A DNA stretch of 64,000 nt from Salinispira sp. (GTDB taxonomy: Bacteria; Spirochaetota; Spirochaetia; DSM-27196; Salinispiraceae), in contig OZ271918.1 of NCBI GenBank assembly GCA_965602015.1, positions 2,976,001 to 3,040,000 on the forward strand, in the 5' to 3' direction. Positions 29,400-38,765 of the stretch are shown one piece after another (the stretch's first letter is position 1; each line of letters begins with the position of its first letter). The position numbers and the translations under genes were made by a program. The notes under the pieces are model-generated. The model searched no databases and was not told the origin of the DNA. It saw only the letters and a program-made list of their open reading frames with translations.

Positions 29400-32338
29400 T
29401 GCATCTCTCCCCAGCTGCTTCCGTTTTCAATATTCACCCGAAGGGGAACCGAGAGCTCAATGGCGCCGGGCATTATCTCATTGAGCAGGTCGCAGAGGGT
29501 TGTGACCTCATCTTCCGGAGCCTCGAAAATCAGTTCATCATGGACCTGAAGGAGCAGCTTGCTGCCCAGTCCGCGCTCATCCAGCTCGGAAGATATGCGG
29601 ATCATCGCCTGTTTGACGATGTCCGCCGCTGAGCCCTGAATCGGCGTGTTGACCGCCACCCGTTCGGCACCGCCTTTCTCGTTTTTGTTTGAGCTGTTAA
29701 TGGCGGGAATCGGCCGGCGCCGGCCCTTCATGGTGGACACAAAGAGGGATTTCTCGGCTTCCCGGACCGTCCTATCGATAAATGACCTGATGCCCGAATA
29801 GGTTTTGAAATACGCGTCGATGAAATTCTGGGCCTCGCCGCGGCTGATGCCGATTTCCCGTGCAAGGCGGAATGCGCTCATGCCGTACATAACGCCGAAG
29901 TTGATGGATTTGGCAATCCGCCGCTGCAGTGCGCTTACCTCATCGGGCTCTACCTGGAAAATCAGGCTGCCGGTGAGCCGGTGGACATCGTCGCCTTCGG
30001 CGAAGGCCCGGCTGAGGCCCGGGTCGCCGCTGAGATGGGCGAGCACCACCAGTTCAATTTGCGAATAATCCGCGGAAACGAACCGGCAGCCCTCCCGGGG
30101 TACGAAGGCCTGCCGGATCCGCCGGCCCTCCTCGTCCCTGATCGGAATATTCTGAAGATTGGGATCGTGGCTGGAAATGCGCCCGGTCGCCGTGCCGTTT
30201 TGCTGAAAACTGGAGTGTATGCGCCCGGTTCGGGGGTTTACCATGCCGGGAAGGCTGTCGACATAGGTGGATTTGAGCTTGGAAAGGGTGCGGTGTTTAA
30301 GCACGAGCTCGGGAACCCTATCCTCCTTAGCCAGCTCCTCAAGGACCGAAGTATCGGTGGAATACCCGGTCTTGGTCTTCTTTCCGGGTGTGAGCTTGCG
30401 CTCTTCGAACAGCACGGTCTGAAGTTGCTTTGTGCTGGCGATATTGAATTCATGGCCAACCAGGTCGTAAATCTCCCCTTCAATATCGCCGAGGCGGTCT
30501 GCCAGTTCCCTGCTGTACTGTTCCAACGCGGAAATATCAAGATTAATGCCTTCCAGTTCCATCTCGGCGAGTATGGGTATGAGAGGCATTTCCAGCTCGT
30601 TCAGCAGGGTAATCTGGCTATCTCCGAGGGGGTCCCGTTGGCGAAGCATTACATCAAAAAGCTGATACAGCCTGAGGGTGATATCAGCATCTTCGGCGGC
30701 GTAAAAAAGGGCCTTGTCCAGGGGGATGCGGGCAAAATCCAGACTCGAGCTCTTTGCCCGGGTGAGTTTCTCACCGGTCACCTCTTCATAAAGGGGAGTC
30801 AGTTTCTGGGTTTTGTAGTTCAGGTACTGCTCCGCTAGCGCATCCATGCCGTAGGCGTTTCTGCTGGTATCCAGAAGCCAGCCGGCGATCATGGTATCAA
30901 AATGAGGGTCGGCCATACGGATGCCCCGCACAGCCATTATTTTATAATCGTATTTTATATTCTGGCCGACTATTTTTACCCCGACATCTTCAAGAAGCTC
31001 CCGAAGTATCGGCAGGGCCTCGTCCTCGGTCAAATGGCTGCCGTTGGGCATGTCCCCGGAACGCAGTTCGGGGCTGGAGACCGGAACGTAACAGGCCTTT
31101 CCCGGGCTGCTGCAAAGACTGAATCCCGCCAGGTTTGCCGAAACGGCGTCCAGGCTGTCGGTTTCGGTGTCAAAGGCCAGGATGCCCGCCTCGCGGCACG
31201 ACGCTACCCAGCGGTTCAGCTCTTGGGCGGTGCGAACCAACTCGTAGTCAGCTGTAAGGTTTCGAAAACCCTCCAGTAGCTCATCGATTGTGCCGTCCAA
31301 CTCCCGCCGACGCTTTGCCGCCTCAGGGTCTTCGCCTTCCACTGAAGGTGAAGCCGGTCTGGAAGGACTTCCCGAGCGTTCAGACAGGCGGCCTCCGCCG
31401 GGATCCATTTCCGGACCTTCAGGGGGGTCCATGCCGTACCAGGGCGAGTTTTCGCCGGGACTGCCGCCGACCACAGCCTTAATATCCGCCGCAAGGGTTT
31501 TTATTTCATAGCTGGTCAAAAGCTCGGCGGCCGCCGGACCGTTTAGATACGAGAGCCCCAGATCATCAATAGACGGCTCCAGTTCCACGTCATCTTTGAG
31601 AATGACCAGACTCCGGCTGAGCTTGACCTGTTCCCGACCCTCCTCAAGTTTTTTCCTCCAGTTCGCCGAGCTGATGTCTTCCAGGTGTTCGTAAATGCCG
31701 TCCAGGCTGCCATACTCTGCCAACAGCTTTTCAGCGGTTTTCTGCCCTATACCCCGGACCCCGGGAACGTTGTCGGCGCTGTCTCCCAGCAGGGCCAGGT
31801 AATCAATAATCTGATCGGGCCGGACGCCCTTGTCGGTAAAGACCCCGTCTTCGTCAAGTTCCTCGAAGCCGCCGGAGCGGGAGGGTTTGAGAATTCGCAC
31901 CCGGCGGTCGACGAGCTGATAGAGATCCTTGTCGCCGGAGACAATATAACAGTCCCGGCCTTCCGCGCTGCAGCGCCTGGCCAGCGTGGCGATTATGTCA
32001 TCGGCCTCTACCCCGTTGTGTCTGATTGTGGGAATACAGAATGCCTTGAGCAGCTGCTCGATTACGGGAAATTGGGCCTTAAGGTCCTCGGGGGTCTTGT
32101 CCCGGGTTTTTTTATACTCGGAATACATTTCATCGCGGAAGGTGGGGGTGCGGCTGTCCAGGCTTACGGCAAGCAGTCCGGGTTCATAATCCTTGAGGAT
32201 GCTCAGGAGCACCCGGGTAAACCCGTGAATTGCCGAAACATTAAATCCGTTGGAGGTTAAGAGCGGGCTTCTGATAAAGGCAAAGTAGGCCCGAAAAATG
32301 AGGGCATATCCGTCGATGACATAAAGAGGAGTTTTCAT
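29396..32338 (-). CDS. polA: DNA polymerase I
   Basis: 5'-nuclease (IDG..LIFRAY, EADD, GDSADNVPG), 3'-5' exonuclease (FDTET, NIKYD, YAAEDAD) and polymerase motifs (ADYSQIEL, AKSINFGVMYG, QVHDEL). The start is likely ATG 32338. Confidence 0.97.
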   Translation of the reverse strand: MKTPLYVIDGYALIFRAYFAFIRSPLLTSNGFNVSAIHGFTRVLLSILKDYEPGLLAVSLDSRTPTFRDEMYSEYKKTRDKTPEDLKAQFPVIEQLLKAFCIPTIRHNGVEADDIIATLARRCSAEGRDCYIVSGDKDLYQLVDRRVRILKPSRSGGFEELDEDGVFTDKGVRPDQIIDYLALLGDSADNVPGVRGIGQKTAEKLLAEYGSLDGIYEHLEDISSANWRKKLEEGREQVKLSRSLVILKDDVELEPSIDDLGLSYLNGPAAAELLTSYEIKTLAADIKAVVGGSPGENSPWYGMDPPEGPEMDPGGGRLSERSGSPSRPASPSVEGEDPEAAKRRRELDGTIDELLEGFRNLTADYELVRTAQELNRWVASCREAGILAFDTETDSLDAVSANLAGFSLCSSPGKACYVPVSSPELRSGDMPNGSHLTEDEALPILRELLEDVGVKIVGQNIKYDYKIMAVRGIRMADPHFDTMIAGWLLDTSRNAYGMDALAEQYLNYKTQKLTPLYEEVTGEKLTRAKSSSLDFARIPLDKALFYAAEDADITLRLYQLFDVMLRQRDPLGDSQITLLNELEMPLIPILAEMELEGINLDISALEQYSRELADRLGDIEGEIYDLVGHEFNIASTKQLQTVLFEERKLTPGKKTKTGYSTDTSVLEELAKEDRVPELVLKHRTLSKLKSTYVDSLPGMVNPRTGRIHSSFQQNGTATGRISSHDPNLQNIPIRDEEGRRIRQAFVPREGCRFVSADYSQIELVVLAHLSGDPGLSRAFAEGDDVHRLTGSLIFQVEPDEVSALQRRIAKSINFGVMYGMSAFRLAREIGISRGEAQNFIDAYFKTYSGIRSFIDRTVREAEKSLFVSTMKGRRRPIPAINSSNKNEKGGAERVAVNTPIQGSAADIVKQAMIRISSELDERGLGSKLLLQVHDELIFEAPEDEVTTLCDLLNEIMPGAIELSVPLRVNIENGSSWGEMH

Positions 32339-32344
32339 AACCAA

Positions 32345-32373
32345 AGAATATGGGCTCGATGCCGTCCTGTCCA
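32345..32373 (-). promoter_or_regulatory. sigma70-type promoter positioned for a leaderless polA mRNA
   Basis: TGGACA-N17-TATTCT-N6-ATG, with no SD. Confidence 0.6.
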
Positions 32374-32377
32374 GAGC

Positions 32378-33472
32378 TCAGTTGTTTATGTCTCTTGTGC
32401 TAAACACCCGGTTTTTCCCGCCTTCCTTTGCCTGATACATCAACTCGTCAGCCGCCTGGATTAACTGGTTTGTCGCGCCGTCTGCCGGGCATTCAACTAC
32501 CCCGATACTGCAGCTTATGCTTCGCCCTATTCCGGGGAAGACGTAATCCGCAAAGCTTTTCCGCAAACGCTCCAAAACGACCAGAGCATCTGACAGGCCG
32601 GTCATGGAGAGTATCACCATGAATTCATCGCCCCCGTAACGGGAAACCACGTCGCTTTCTCTCAAGTGATCAAGGAGCATCCAGGCATAGTTTTCCAGCA
32701 CCGAGTCGCCGACCAGGTGTCCGAACTCGTCGTTTATTGATTTAAAATTATCGACGTCTATTATCGCAAGGCAAAAAATATGGTCGTAGCGCTTACGACG
32801 CTGAACCGTTCGCTCAAGCTCTTCAATAAAAAACCGGCGGTTGTACACATCGGTGAGGGGATCGACGATACTCTGCTCAACCAGCTGCAGATGGGTTTCG
32901 AACCGGCCCCGGCGGTCCTTTTCCCGAAGAATTCCCAGGGCGATTCCCATAACGGCGAACAAAATGAGCTGCAAGAGCATGTGAAGGGATATACTGTCCC
33001 CGTTTATCCATAGCCCGAGAATAATGGCGATAACCGAAAGGGAAAAAAGCGACACCAGTACGATGGGGCGGTTCCGGAGGATGAGTCCGCTGAGAACGGC
33101 GACAGTCACATACGCGGTCAGTCCGGCGCCGTAACGAAAATCAAGGATGGTCAATGCAACTGCCACCGCTAGCAAAAAAACCATCAGCCCAATCTGCACA
33201 ATGCTTTCTTGCACAATCCGGGCTTCCTTCCCCCGTTTAAGCAGGGCATAGGCCATAGCAAAAAGCCCCCCCGCAACCATCGAAACAAAAATCACCCCGT
33301 AGGACAGGCCGTCTGCGGAGGAGATTTCCCCCGGGGCTCCCAACAGCTGTTCCAGAAGAAAAAAAACTCCGATGCCCGTTATACCGTAAGACAAAAGCAG
33401 AATTCTCTGCCTGTTGTCGTAGAGGAGATCTTTCTGATAATTATGCTTTTCGGGGTTCATAGACGGCTCCAC
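32378..33472 (-). CDS. membrane-bound diguanylate cyclase
   Basis: About six TM helices, DPLT, DVDNFKSIND..GH..GD, an RxxD I-site (RESD) and an intact GGDEF. Confidence 0.93.
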   Translation of the reverse strand: MEPSMNPEKHNYQKDLLYDNRQRILLLSYGITGIGVFFLLEQLLGAPGEISSADGLSYGVIFVSMVAGGLFAMAYALLKRGKEARIVQESIVQIGLMVFLLAVAVALTILDFRYGAGLTAYVTVAVLSGLILRNRPIVLVSLFSLSVIAIILGLWINGDSISLHMLLQLILFAVMGIALGILREKDRRGRFETHLQLVEQSIVDPLTDVYNRRFFIEELERTVQRRKRYDHIFCLAIIDVDNFKSINDEFGHLVGDSVLENYAWMLLDHLRESDVVSRYGGDEFMVILSMTGLSDALVVLERLRKSFADYVFPGIGRSISCSIGVVECPADGATNQLIQAADELMYQAKEGGKNRVFSTRDINN

Positions 33473-33584
33473 TTCCAGTTTTAGTCAGCGGAGCGAGGAA
33501 ATCAAGCCTGAGATTTATTTACCGGTATGGGTTAATAAAAGGCCTTACAACCGGGCGTAGGGAAAACGAAGGGCAGGCTGATCT

Positions 33585-34088
33585 TCAGCAGCTTATATCG
33601 ATCATTCCGGGCCCCTTGTCCTTGGCGTAAATCGATTTGGTTCCCTTGGGAATGCGAAGGGCGGCAATTCGGGTTTTAAGTTCGTCGCGCTGGCGGCCCA
33701 GGAGCTCCCGGTTGAGGCGGTTTCGCTCGAGAACCTGCTCGCGCAGATTTTCGAGACTGGACTGCAGCTGGGTAATCTCTTCTTTTCGACGGGGATATGC
33801 CTTCTGATACATATCATCAAGTGGCGCGACAACTTTCTGTACCGATAGAATTTCCCGGACGATTTGCTGCTCCATAACGGCCTGGGCCTCCAGAGCATCG
33901 ACATTGCCGTCGCTGATGGCAGTCTCCTGCTTCTCGAGAACCGTCAGGTATTCACGGAATTTATTTCGCTGGATTTCAAGCATCTGCCGGAACCGTTTGA
34001 GAAGGGCCACCCGCTCTTCGATCTGACGATCGCTCAGGTCCAGAACGTTTTCCGCTGCGCTTTTGCGTTTTTCCATGGTACTCAGCAT
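33585..34088 (-). CDS. FlgN-like flagellar export chaperone
   Basis: Helical protein of ~167 aa downstream of fliS, with a GGAGGAG SD before ATG 34088 and its own sigma28 promoter. Confidence 0.65.
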   Translation of the reverse strand: MLSTMEKRKSAAENVLDLSDRQIEERVALLKRFRQMLEIQRNKFREYLTVLEKQETAISDGNVDALEAQAVMEQQIVREILSVQKVVAPLDDMYQKAYPRRKEEITQLQSSLENLREQVLERNRLNRELLGRQRDELKTRIAALRIPKGTKSIYAKDKGPGMIDISC

Positions 34089-34132
34089 AACTCCTCCCGT
34101 CTCATCAGGCAACGTGCGCCTATTCTTTAAGA

Positions 34133-34159
34133 ATATCGGCGGGAGAATTCCATTGTTGA
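34133..34159 (-). promoter_or_regulatory. sigma28 (FliA)-type promoter
   Basis: TCAA-N15-GCCGATAT on the minus strand. Confidence 0.7.
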
Positions 34160-34171
34160 GCTCTATGCACG

Positions 34172-34201
34172 AAAAAACCCGCATGCTTGCGGGCCTTTTT
34201 T
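34172..34201. terminator. bidirectional-looking intrinsic terminator after fliS
   Basis: A6-CCCGCA-TGCT-TGCGGG-cc-T6. Confidence 0.7.
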
Positions 34202-34235
34202 GATTCAGAATTGAAGAGGCTTTGCGGAAATTCCC

Positions 34236-34667
34236 CTACCCGGCGATGTTCACTCCGCCGCCTTGATCGTCACGCCGTTCGACGCTGGTCTTGCCGGCAA
34301 TTTGGTTCCAGGCCTCGCGTATTTCACTCATCATGTCCCGGACCTGGAGAACAGGTTCGCTGCTCTTTTTGAGATTTCCTTCCATCAGGCGTTCATTAAA
34401 CCACTGGTAGAGGGAAAACATCTGGTTGGCAAATTCACCGCCCTGTTCCATATCGAGGGAAACCATCAGCTCGGTCACAATGTCCCGGGCCTTGGATATG
34501 GCGTTATTGACCTGGTCCAGTTGTTTGGATTTTTTTTCTATCAGATCCACCGCAATATTGAGCTGCTTTATCGCCTCGTCATACAGCATCACGATGATGC
34601 GGCCCTGGGAGGCGGTTTTCACCTTTGTTTCTTTATATGCGTTTGTCTGATAGTTGGTCATGGGCAT
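34236..34667 (-). CDS. fliS: flagellin chaperone FliS
   Basis: AYKETKVKTASQGRIIVMLYD, IVTELMVSLD, LYQW and IREAW. Confidence 0.95.
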   Translation of the reverse strand: MPMTNYQTNAYKETKVKTASQGRIIVMLYDEAIKQLNIAVDLIEKKSKQLDQVNNAISKARDIVTELMVSLDMEQGGEFANQMFSLYQWFNERLMEGNLKKSSEPVLQVRDMMSEIREAWNQIAGKTSVERRDDQGGGVNIAG

Positions 34668-34697
34668 GCTTGCCTCTCCTTTTTCTGCAGTATCGGC

Positions 34698-37025
34698 CTA
34701 ACGGGCATTATCCATAAGGGTGGTAACCGGGACGATATCGTAACCCAGCTCAAGTAAATTATTGATGAGGATATCCAAATTTTTATACAAGTAGTCTTCC
34801 CTGCCGCCGTCCTGGCGGTCGCTGGCCGGTGTGCCCACCGTCATACTTATTATAGATCCCGGTTTTTTTAATTCGATAATTCGTTCTATGAGCTGCGCAG
34901 ATGGATAGTACAATCGAGAAATCCCATTATCATCGCGGGTGGGTACCCAGTCAAGACTGTCGACATCCCTTCCGATGTATGTGTAGTTCATATTTTGGCT
35001 CGCAGCGATGATTTCGGGACTGACGAAGTAATAAGGCGCATGCCACAGCAAAGACAGCTCCTCCCCGGTCAGTTCGAAGTACTCGTCCTCGTTCGCGGCC
35101 AGTCCCTGGCGGATAAAATCCCGGGTCACCTGGAATCGTGAATCGCTCATATTGAAATAGATATTAAATAGGGATCCCACTTCGTGCCCGCTTTGGGCAA
35201 TTTCCCTGGTCGCGCCGGGGTATCGGCGGATGAAGTCGCCGTTCACAAAAAACGTTGCCCGTACATCGTAGTCTTCCAGGGTGTTGAGAATATCCGAGAG
35301 CCCTTCGGCGGAATCAATGGCGTTAAATACCATGCTGACCTCCCGGCGCCGGATTCTCGATCCGTGCCGGAATGTGGTAAAGCTCACCTCTTCATCCCTG
35401 GAGGGGAAGGGCTCATAGGATTTTACCGGCGGGTTGAACATGCTGATGGTGCCCAGGGCATCGGAGCTCCGCTGCATTCTCCTGATCATTATCATGTTCT
35501 GATAGCTTCCTGAGCTCAGGTTCTGGAGATAAACCCGGTAGTCTTCAGCGGCGACACTAAAGGCTTCGATGGCAAAGCTGTCACGCTGGAACCACCTGCC
35601 GGTTTCCAGATCGTACTCCTGTATGGTATCGCCGGTCTGCAGGAGTATTTCCCCGTTTGAACTGCTGAACCCCGCAGAATCCGCCCGGGAAAACGCGATA
35701 AAGCGTCGGGAATCGTCATCGGTGTTGACCAGCTCGATAATATCCGATCCGGCTACAATAATTTCCGAGCCGTTTACATAGAGCACGTGAAGGGGATTGG
35801 GGTGACTGACGCTTTTTTCGACGCTCCAGTCGGCGACGTTGTACAGTTCAACGCTGCCGTCAGTCAGAAGGGCAATGCTTGCCTCGTCGGGGCTCAAAAC
35901 CATCGAACGCACATTTCCCGTTTCCAACTCGTTAAAATCGTACTGTTCAGCCTGACGGGACATATCCAGCCGATACAACGTGGTATTTCGCTGACCGGAA
36001 AACACCCCTTCCACAAGAAGTGTCACCAGACCTTCGCTTGTCCACAGGACCTCCTGAACTCCGGCATTGCGCGGAAGAAAGAGGTAGGGAAGCTGAAGGG
36101 TACTCCGGGAATCGGCGAATTCGTCGGTCTGCAAAAAATAGAGGTAAATATTTCGTCCGCCCTTGTCCAGGAGCACCTGGGTTCCGTCGGGAGAAATCCA
36201 GAATCTGTCGAAATTCGGATCGAACAGAAAGGGTATTTTTCCGACGATACGCCCGATCCTCAGGAATTCCTGATAGAGCGACCGGGTAAAAAATTCAACG
36301 CCGAGAATCTGATACACCACCGTCCCGGAAATGTAATAGAGCTCGTTGTCCCGGCCCCACCGGATGCTGGAGAGCTGTCCGTCGCCGATTTTGCGGAAAT
36401 CCTCGCTGAGCAGCCTGTTGCTCTCGAACTGGTCCACCGAGAAGTAATACAGTTCGTTGGCTTTCTGGTAGATAAAAAAGTCCGACTCGGGGCTCCATGC
36501 CACCGGAAGGCTGTCAAGATTCAGCTCGACCCGGCGGCTGATTACCGTCCGGCTCGAGTCGGAGAATCGGGTCAGCACCAGATTTCCCAGAGCCGGGGTC
36601 TGGGGTTCGAATGAGATCATGTACCGGCCGTCGGGACTGACATCGACGGGGCTTATTTTGCCGGTGAGGATATCAGATCCGCCGACAAAACTCGCAAAGC
36701 CCTCCAGAGGCGCGATGTTTTCGAGGTCGCTGTTAGTTCGGAACAAGCCGAAACGGTTGTGGATTTGAAGCTGGCCCGAACTCGAAAGGTATGCGACCCG
36801 CTCGGGAAAAAAGCTGAGCTGGGTAATATCAATGTCCGCCCCGTCATTCCTGATGGCGGCGGTGAATGCAGTGCTGTATGTCCGAAATTCCGGCGCATGT
36901 ACCTCCGCCTCGAAAAGCGTGCGGTTCTCGTCGTTAATGGTCAGATCGGTAAACTCGACCTCCGCGACGGCGAGACCGGAAATCAGCGCCGACAGCATGA
37001 GGGAAAGCAGCATTATTCGTTTCAA
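34698..37025 (-). CDS. secreted beta-propeller + NodB-like polysaccharide deacetylase domain protein (catalytic motifs degenerate)
   Basis: TTG start at 37025 gives the signal peptide MKRIMLLSLML...AVA. SPDG/WSP propeller repeats precede a C-terminal domain with ATFFVNG, GHEVG, DSLDW and PGSII. Confidence 0.75.
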   Translation of the reverse strand: MKRIMLLSLMLSALISGLAVAEVEFTDLTINDENRTLFEAEVHAPEFRTYSTAFTAAIRNDGADIDITQLSFFPERVAYLSSSGQLQIHNRFGLFRTNSDLENIAPLEGFASFVGGSDILTGKISPVDVSPDGRYMISFEPQTPALGNLVLTRFSDSSRTVISRRVELNLDSLPVAWSPESDFFIYQKANELYYFSVDQFESNRLLSEDFRKIGDGQLSSIRWGRDNELYYISGTVVYQILGVEFFTRSLYQEFLRIGRIVGKIPFLFDPNFDRFWISPDGTQVLLDKGGRNIYLYFLQTDEFADSRSTLQLPYLFLPRNAGVQEVLWTSEGLVTLLVEGVFSGQRNTTLYRLDMSRQAEQYDFNELETGNVRSMVLSPDEASIALLTDGSVELYNVADWSVEKSVSHPNPLHVLYVNGSEIIVAGSDIIELVNTDDDSRRFIAFSRADSAGFSSSNGEILLQTGDTIQEYDLETGRWFQRDSFAIEAFSVAAEDYRVYLQNLSSGSYQNMIMIRRMQRSSDALGTISMFNPPVKSYEPFPSRDEEVSFTTFRHGSRIRRREVSMVFNAIDSAEGLSDILNTLEDYDVRATFFVNGDFIRRYPGATREIAQSGHEVGSLFNIYFNMSDSRFQVTRDFIRQGLAANEDEYFELTGEELSLLWHAPYYFVSPEIIAASQNMNYTYIGRDVDSLDWVPTRDDNGISRLYYPSAQLIERIIELKKPGSIISMTVGTPASDRQDGGREDYLYKNLDILINNLLELGYDIVPVTTLMDNAR

Positions 37026-37056
37026 AATACCTACCCCGCTTCTATTTTCTCTTTGA

Positions 37057-37083
37057 TTATCGGCAGGCCGGAGGAAGAGTTGA
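37057..37083 (-). promoter_or_regulatory. sigma28 (FliA)-type promoter
   Basis: TCAA-N15-GCCGATAA (consensus -10), 31 nt upstream of the TTG start. Confidence 0.75.
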
Positions 37084-37138
37084 GGACAGATTTGAAAAAA
37101 ACGGAGGGAATCGCCGGGCGGGACTGACAATCCGCGGT

Positions 37139-37318
37139 TTAGACAGATTGACGACTGGCCAGAAATTCGTCCAGTTCGCGCTCCAGGGCTTCGAGCTTCT
37201 TGAGGGAGTTGTCGAGCCGGAGCAGGTTGTGTTGACGGCGGCGCTCTTCGATTTCCCTGAGGCTGACATCGACAATTTCTTCGAGATCCAGAACTGTGGC
37301 TTCCTCGTTACCTGCCAT
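37139..37318 (-). CDS. small coiled-coil protein (59 aa), missed by the ORF track
   Basis: Translates as MAGNEEATVLDLEEIVDVSLREIEERRRQHNLLRLDNSLKKLEALERELDEFLASRQSV. It fills an intergenic gap and has TATAAT 7 nt before the ATG. Confidence 0.7.
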   Translation of the reverse strand: MAGNEEATVLDLEEIVDVSLREIEERRRQHNLLRLDNSLKKLEALERELDEFLASRQSV

Positions 37319-37359
37319 GGCGTTAATTATAATCCCTCATACTCTTTTCGGCGAATTTT

Positions 37360-38679
37360 TCACAATAATTCAGCGGCAAGCTCAGCAAGAGTGCTGCGCT
37401 CAGATCGTTCCAGGGTTATGTGCCCCGACAGCTGCTGAGATTTAAATGCTTCCACCAGGTAGCTCAAACCATTCGAACTTGAATCGAGATATGGGGAGTC
37501 GATCTGATAGGGATCTCCGGTGAGAACCACCTTGCTGCCCTCCCCTGCACGGCTGACAATGGTTTTTATCTCATGCGGAGAGAGGTTTTGGGCTTCATCG
37601 ATAATGATGTACTGGCTGGGGAGGCTGCGGCCCCGAATATAGGACAGGGCCTCAAGCTCGATTACCTTGCTGTTCATCAGATGATCCAGATTTTTGATGT
37701 TTTGCCGCTTGTACACCGAAAGTATGTACTCCAGGTTATCAAAAAGGGGCTGCATCCAATGGCTGAGTTTTTCATCCTTGGCCCCGGGGAGAAATCCGAT
37801 GTCTTTTCCCATGGGTATTACGGGCCTGCTGACCAAAACCCTGCTGTAGGTTTTATCTTCCATGGTGAGCTTTAAGCCGGCGGCTATGGCCAGCAGGGTT
37901 TTGCCTGTGCCCGCCTTGCCGACCAGGCTTACCAGTTGGACGTCGGGATCGAGCAAGAGGTCCAGGGCCATGCGCTGCTGATGGTTCAGCGGACGCACCC
38001 CGGCAATCGCCGGCATTTTGTAATCGACCAGCTTGAGAATTCCCCTCTTTGCAATAAACCGCGCCAGAAGTTCCTCGTCGGGGTTGTTCGCCGACGTCGA
38101 ACTGTGCATTACAAAGAAGAAATTGGGCGGCAGGGTTTCATGCCATGGAATCTCCTCGTCCTGCTCCAGGGCCCGAAGGGTGTCGGCGGAACTCTCGATT
38201 TGGCCATATCCCGAATAGAGCTTCGAAATATTTATTTTTTGTTTTTCGTAGTCCACTGCTCGAATGCCCAGGGCAGTGGCCTTTACCCGCGCGTTGATAT
38301 CCTTCGACACGAAGAAAACATGCCCCCCCGCCTGTTTGATTTCATAGGCAGCGAGAATGATCTTGTTATCCATTTTGTCCTGAAGGATGCCCGCAGGGAC
38401 GTTCTCCGTGTGAGTCAGCTTGACCTTGAGAATGCTCCCGTTATCCAGCTTGACGCCTTCGGACAGGTCGCCGTTCCTGCTGCATTCGTCGAGAAAGCGG
38501 ATGGCATGGCGGGCATTCCGGCCCCGTTCATCGCTGTAGGTTTTGAGCTTATCCAACTCCTCGAGAACCCACAGGGGAATAATCACCTCGTTATCCCGGA
38601 AACTCATAATGGCGTCGGGACGGTGTATGAGTACGTTGGTATCGATTACGAAGGATTTAACCGGAACTTTGTCGGGCAT
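37360..38679 (-). CDS. PIN-PhoH protein (PhoH2/YlaK-like)
   Basis: PIN motifs IDTNVL, VLEELD, DNKII and SKDINARVKA; P-loop GKAGTGKT, IRGRS and DEAQN. Confidence 0.93.
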   Translation of the reverse strand: MPDKVPVKSFVIDTNVLIHRPDAIMSFRDNEVIIPLWVLEELDKLKTYSDERGRNARHAIRFLDECSRNGDLSEGVKLDNGSILKVKLTHTENVPAGILQDKMDNKIILAAYEIKQAGGHVFFVSKDINARVKATALGIRAVDYEKQKINISKLYSGYGQIESSADTLRALEQDEEIPWHETLPPNFFFVMHSSTSANNPDEELLARFIAKRGILKLVDYKMPAIAGVRPLNHQQRMALDLLLDPDVQLVSLVGKAGTGKTLLAIAAGLKLTMEDKTYSRVLVSRPVIPMGKDIGFLPGAKDEKLSHWMQPLFDNLEYILSVYKRQNIKNLDHLMNSKVIELEALSYIRGRSLPSQYIIIDEAQNLSPHEIKTIVSRAGEGSKVVLTGDPYQIDSPYLDSSSNGLSYLVEAFKSQQLSGHITLERSERSTLAELAAELL

Positions 38680-38765
38680 GGCGGCTCCTTGGGGGCGTAC
38701 GGGATTCCTTCTACCAGTATAAGAGCTTGTCAGCCGGGCTTCTACTAATTAGATTAGATTCATCA

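Noticed and set aside
31280..31480. Intein in PolA
   Set aside because: It is too short, has no C/S...HN splice termini, and lies in an interdomain linker.
34690..34716. Separate sigma28 promoter directly upstream of fliS
   Set aside because: The -10 (GCCGATAC) is good but the -35 position reads TATG. It is possible, but too weak to list as a feature.
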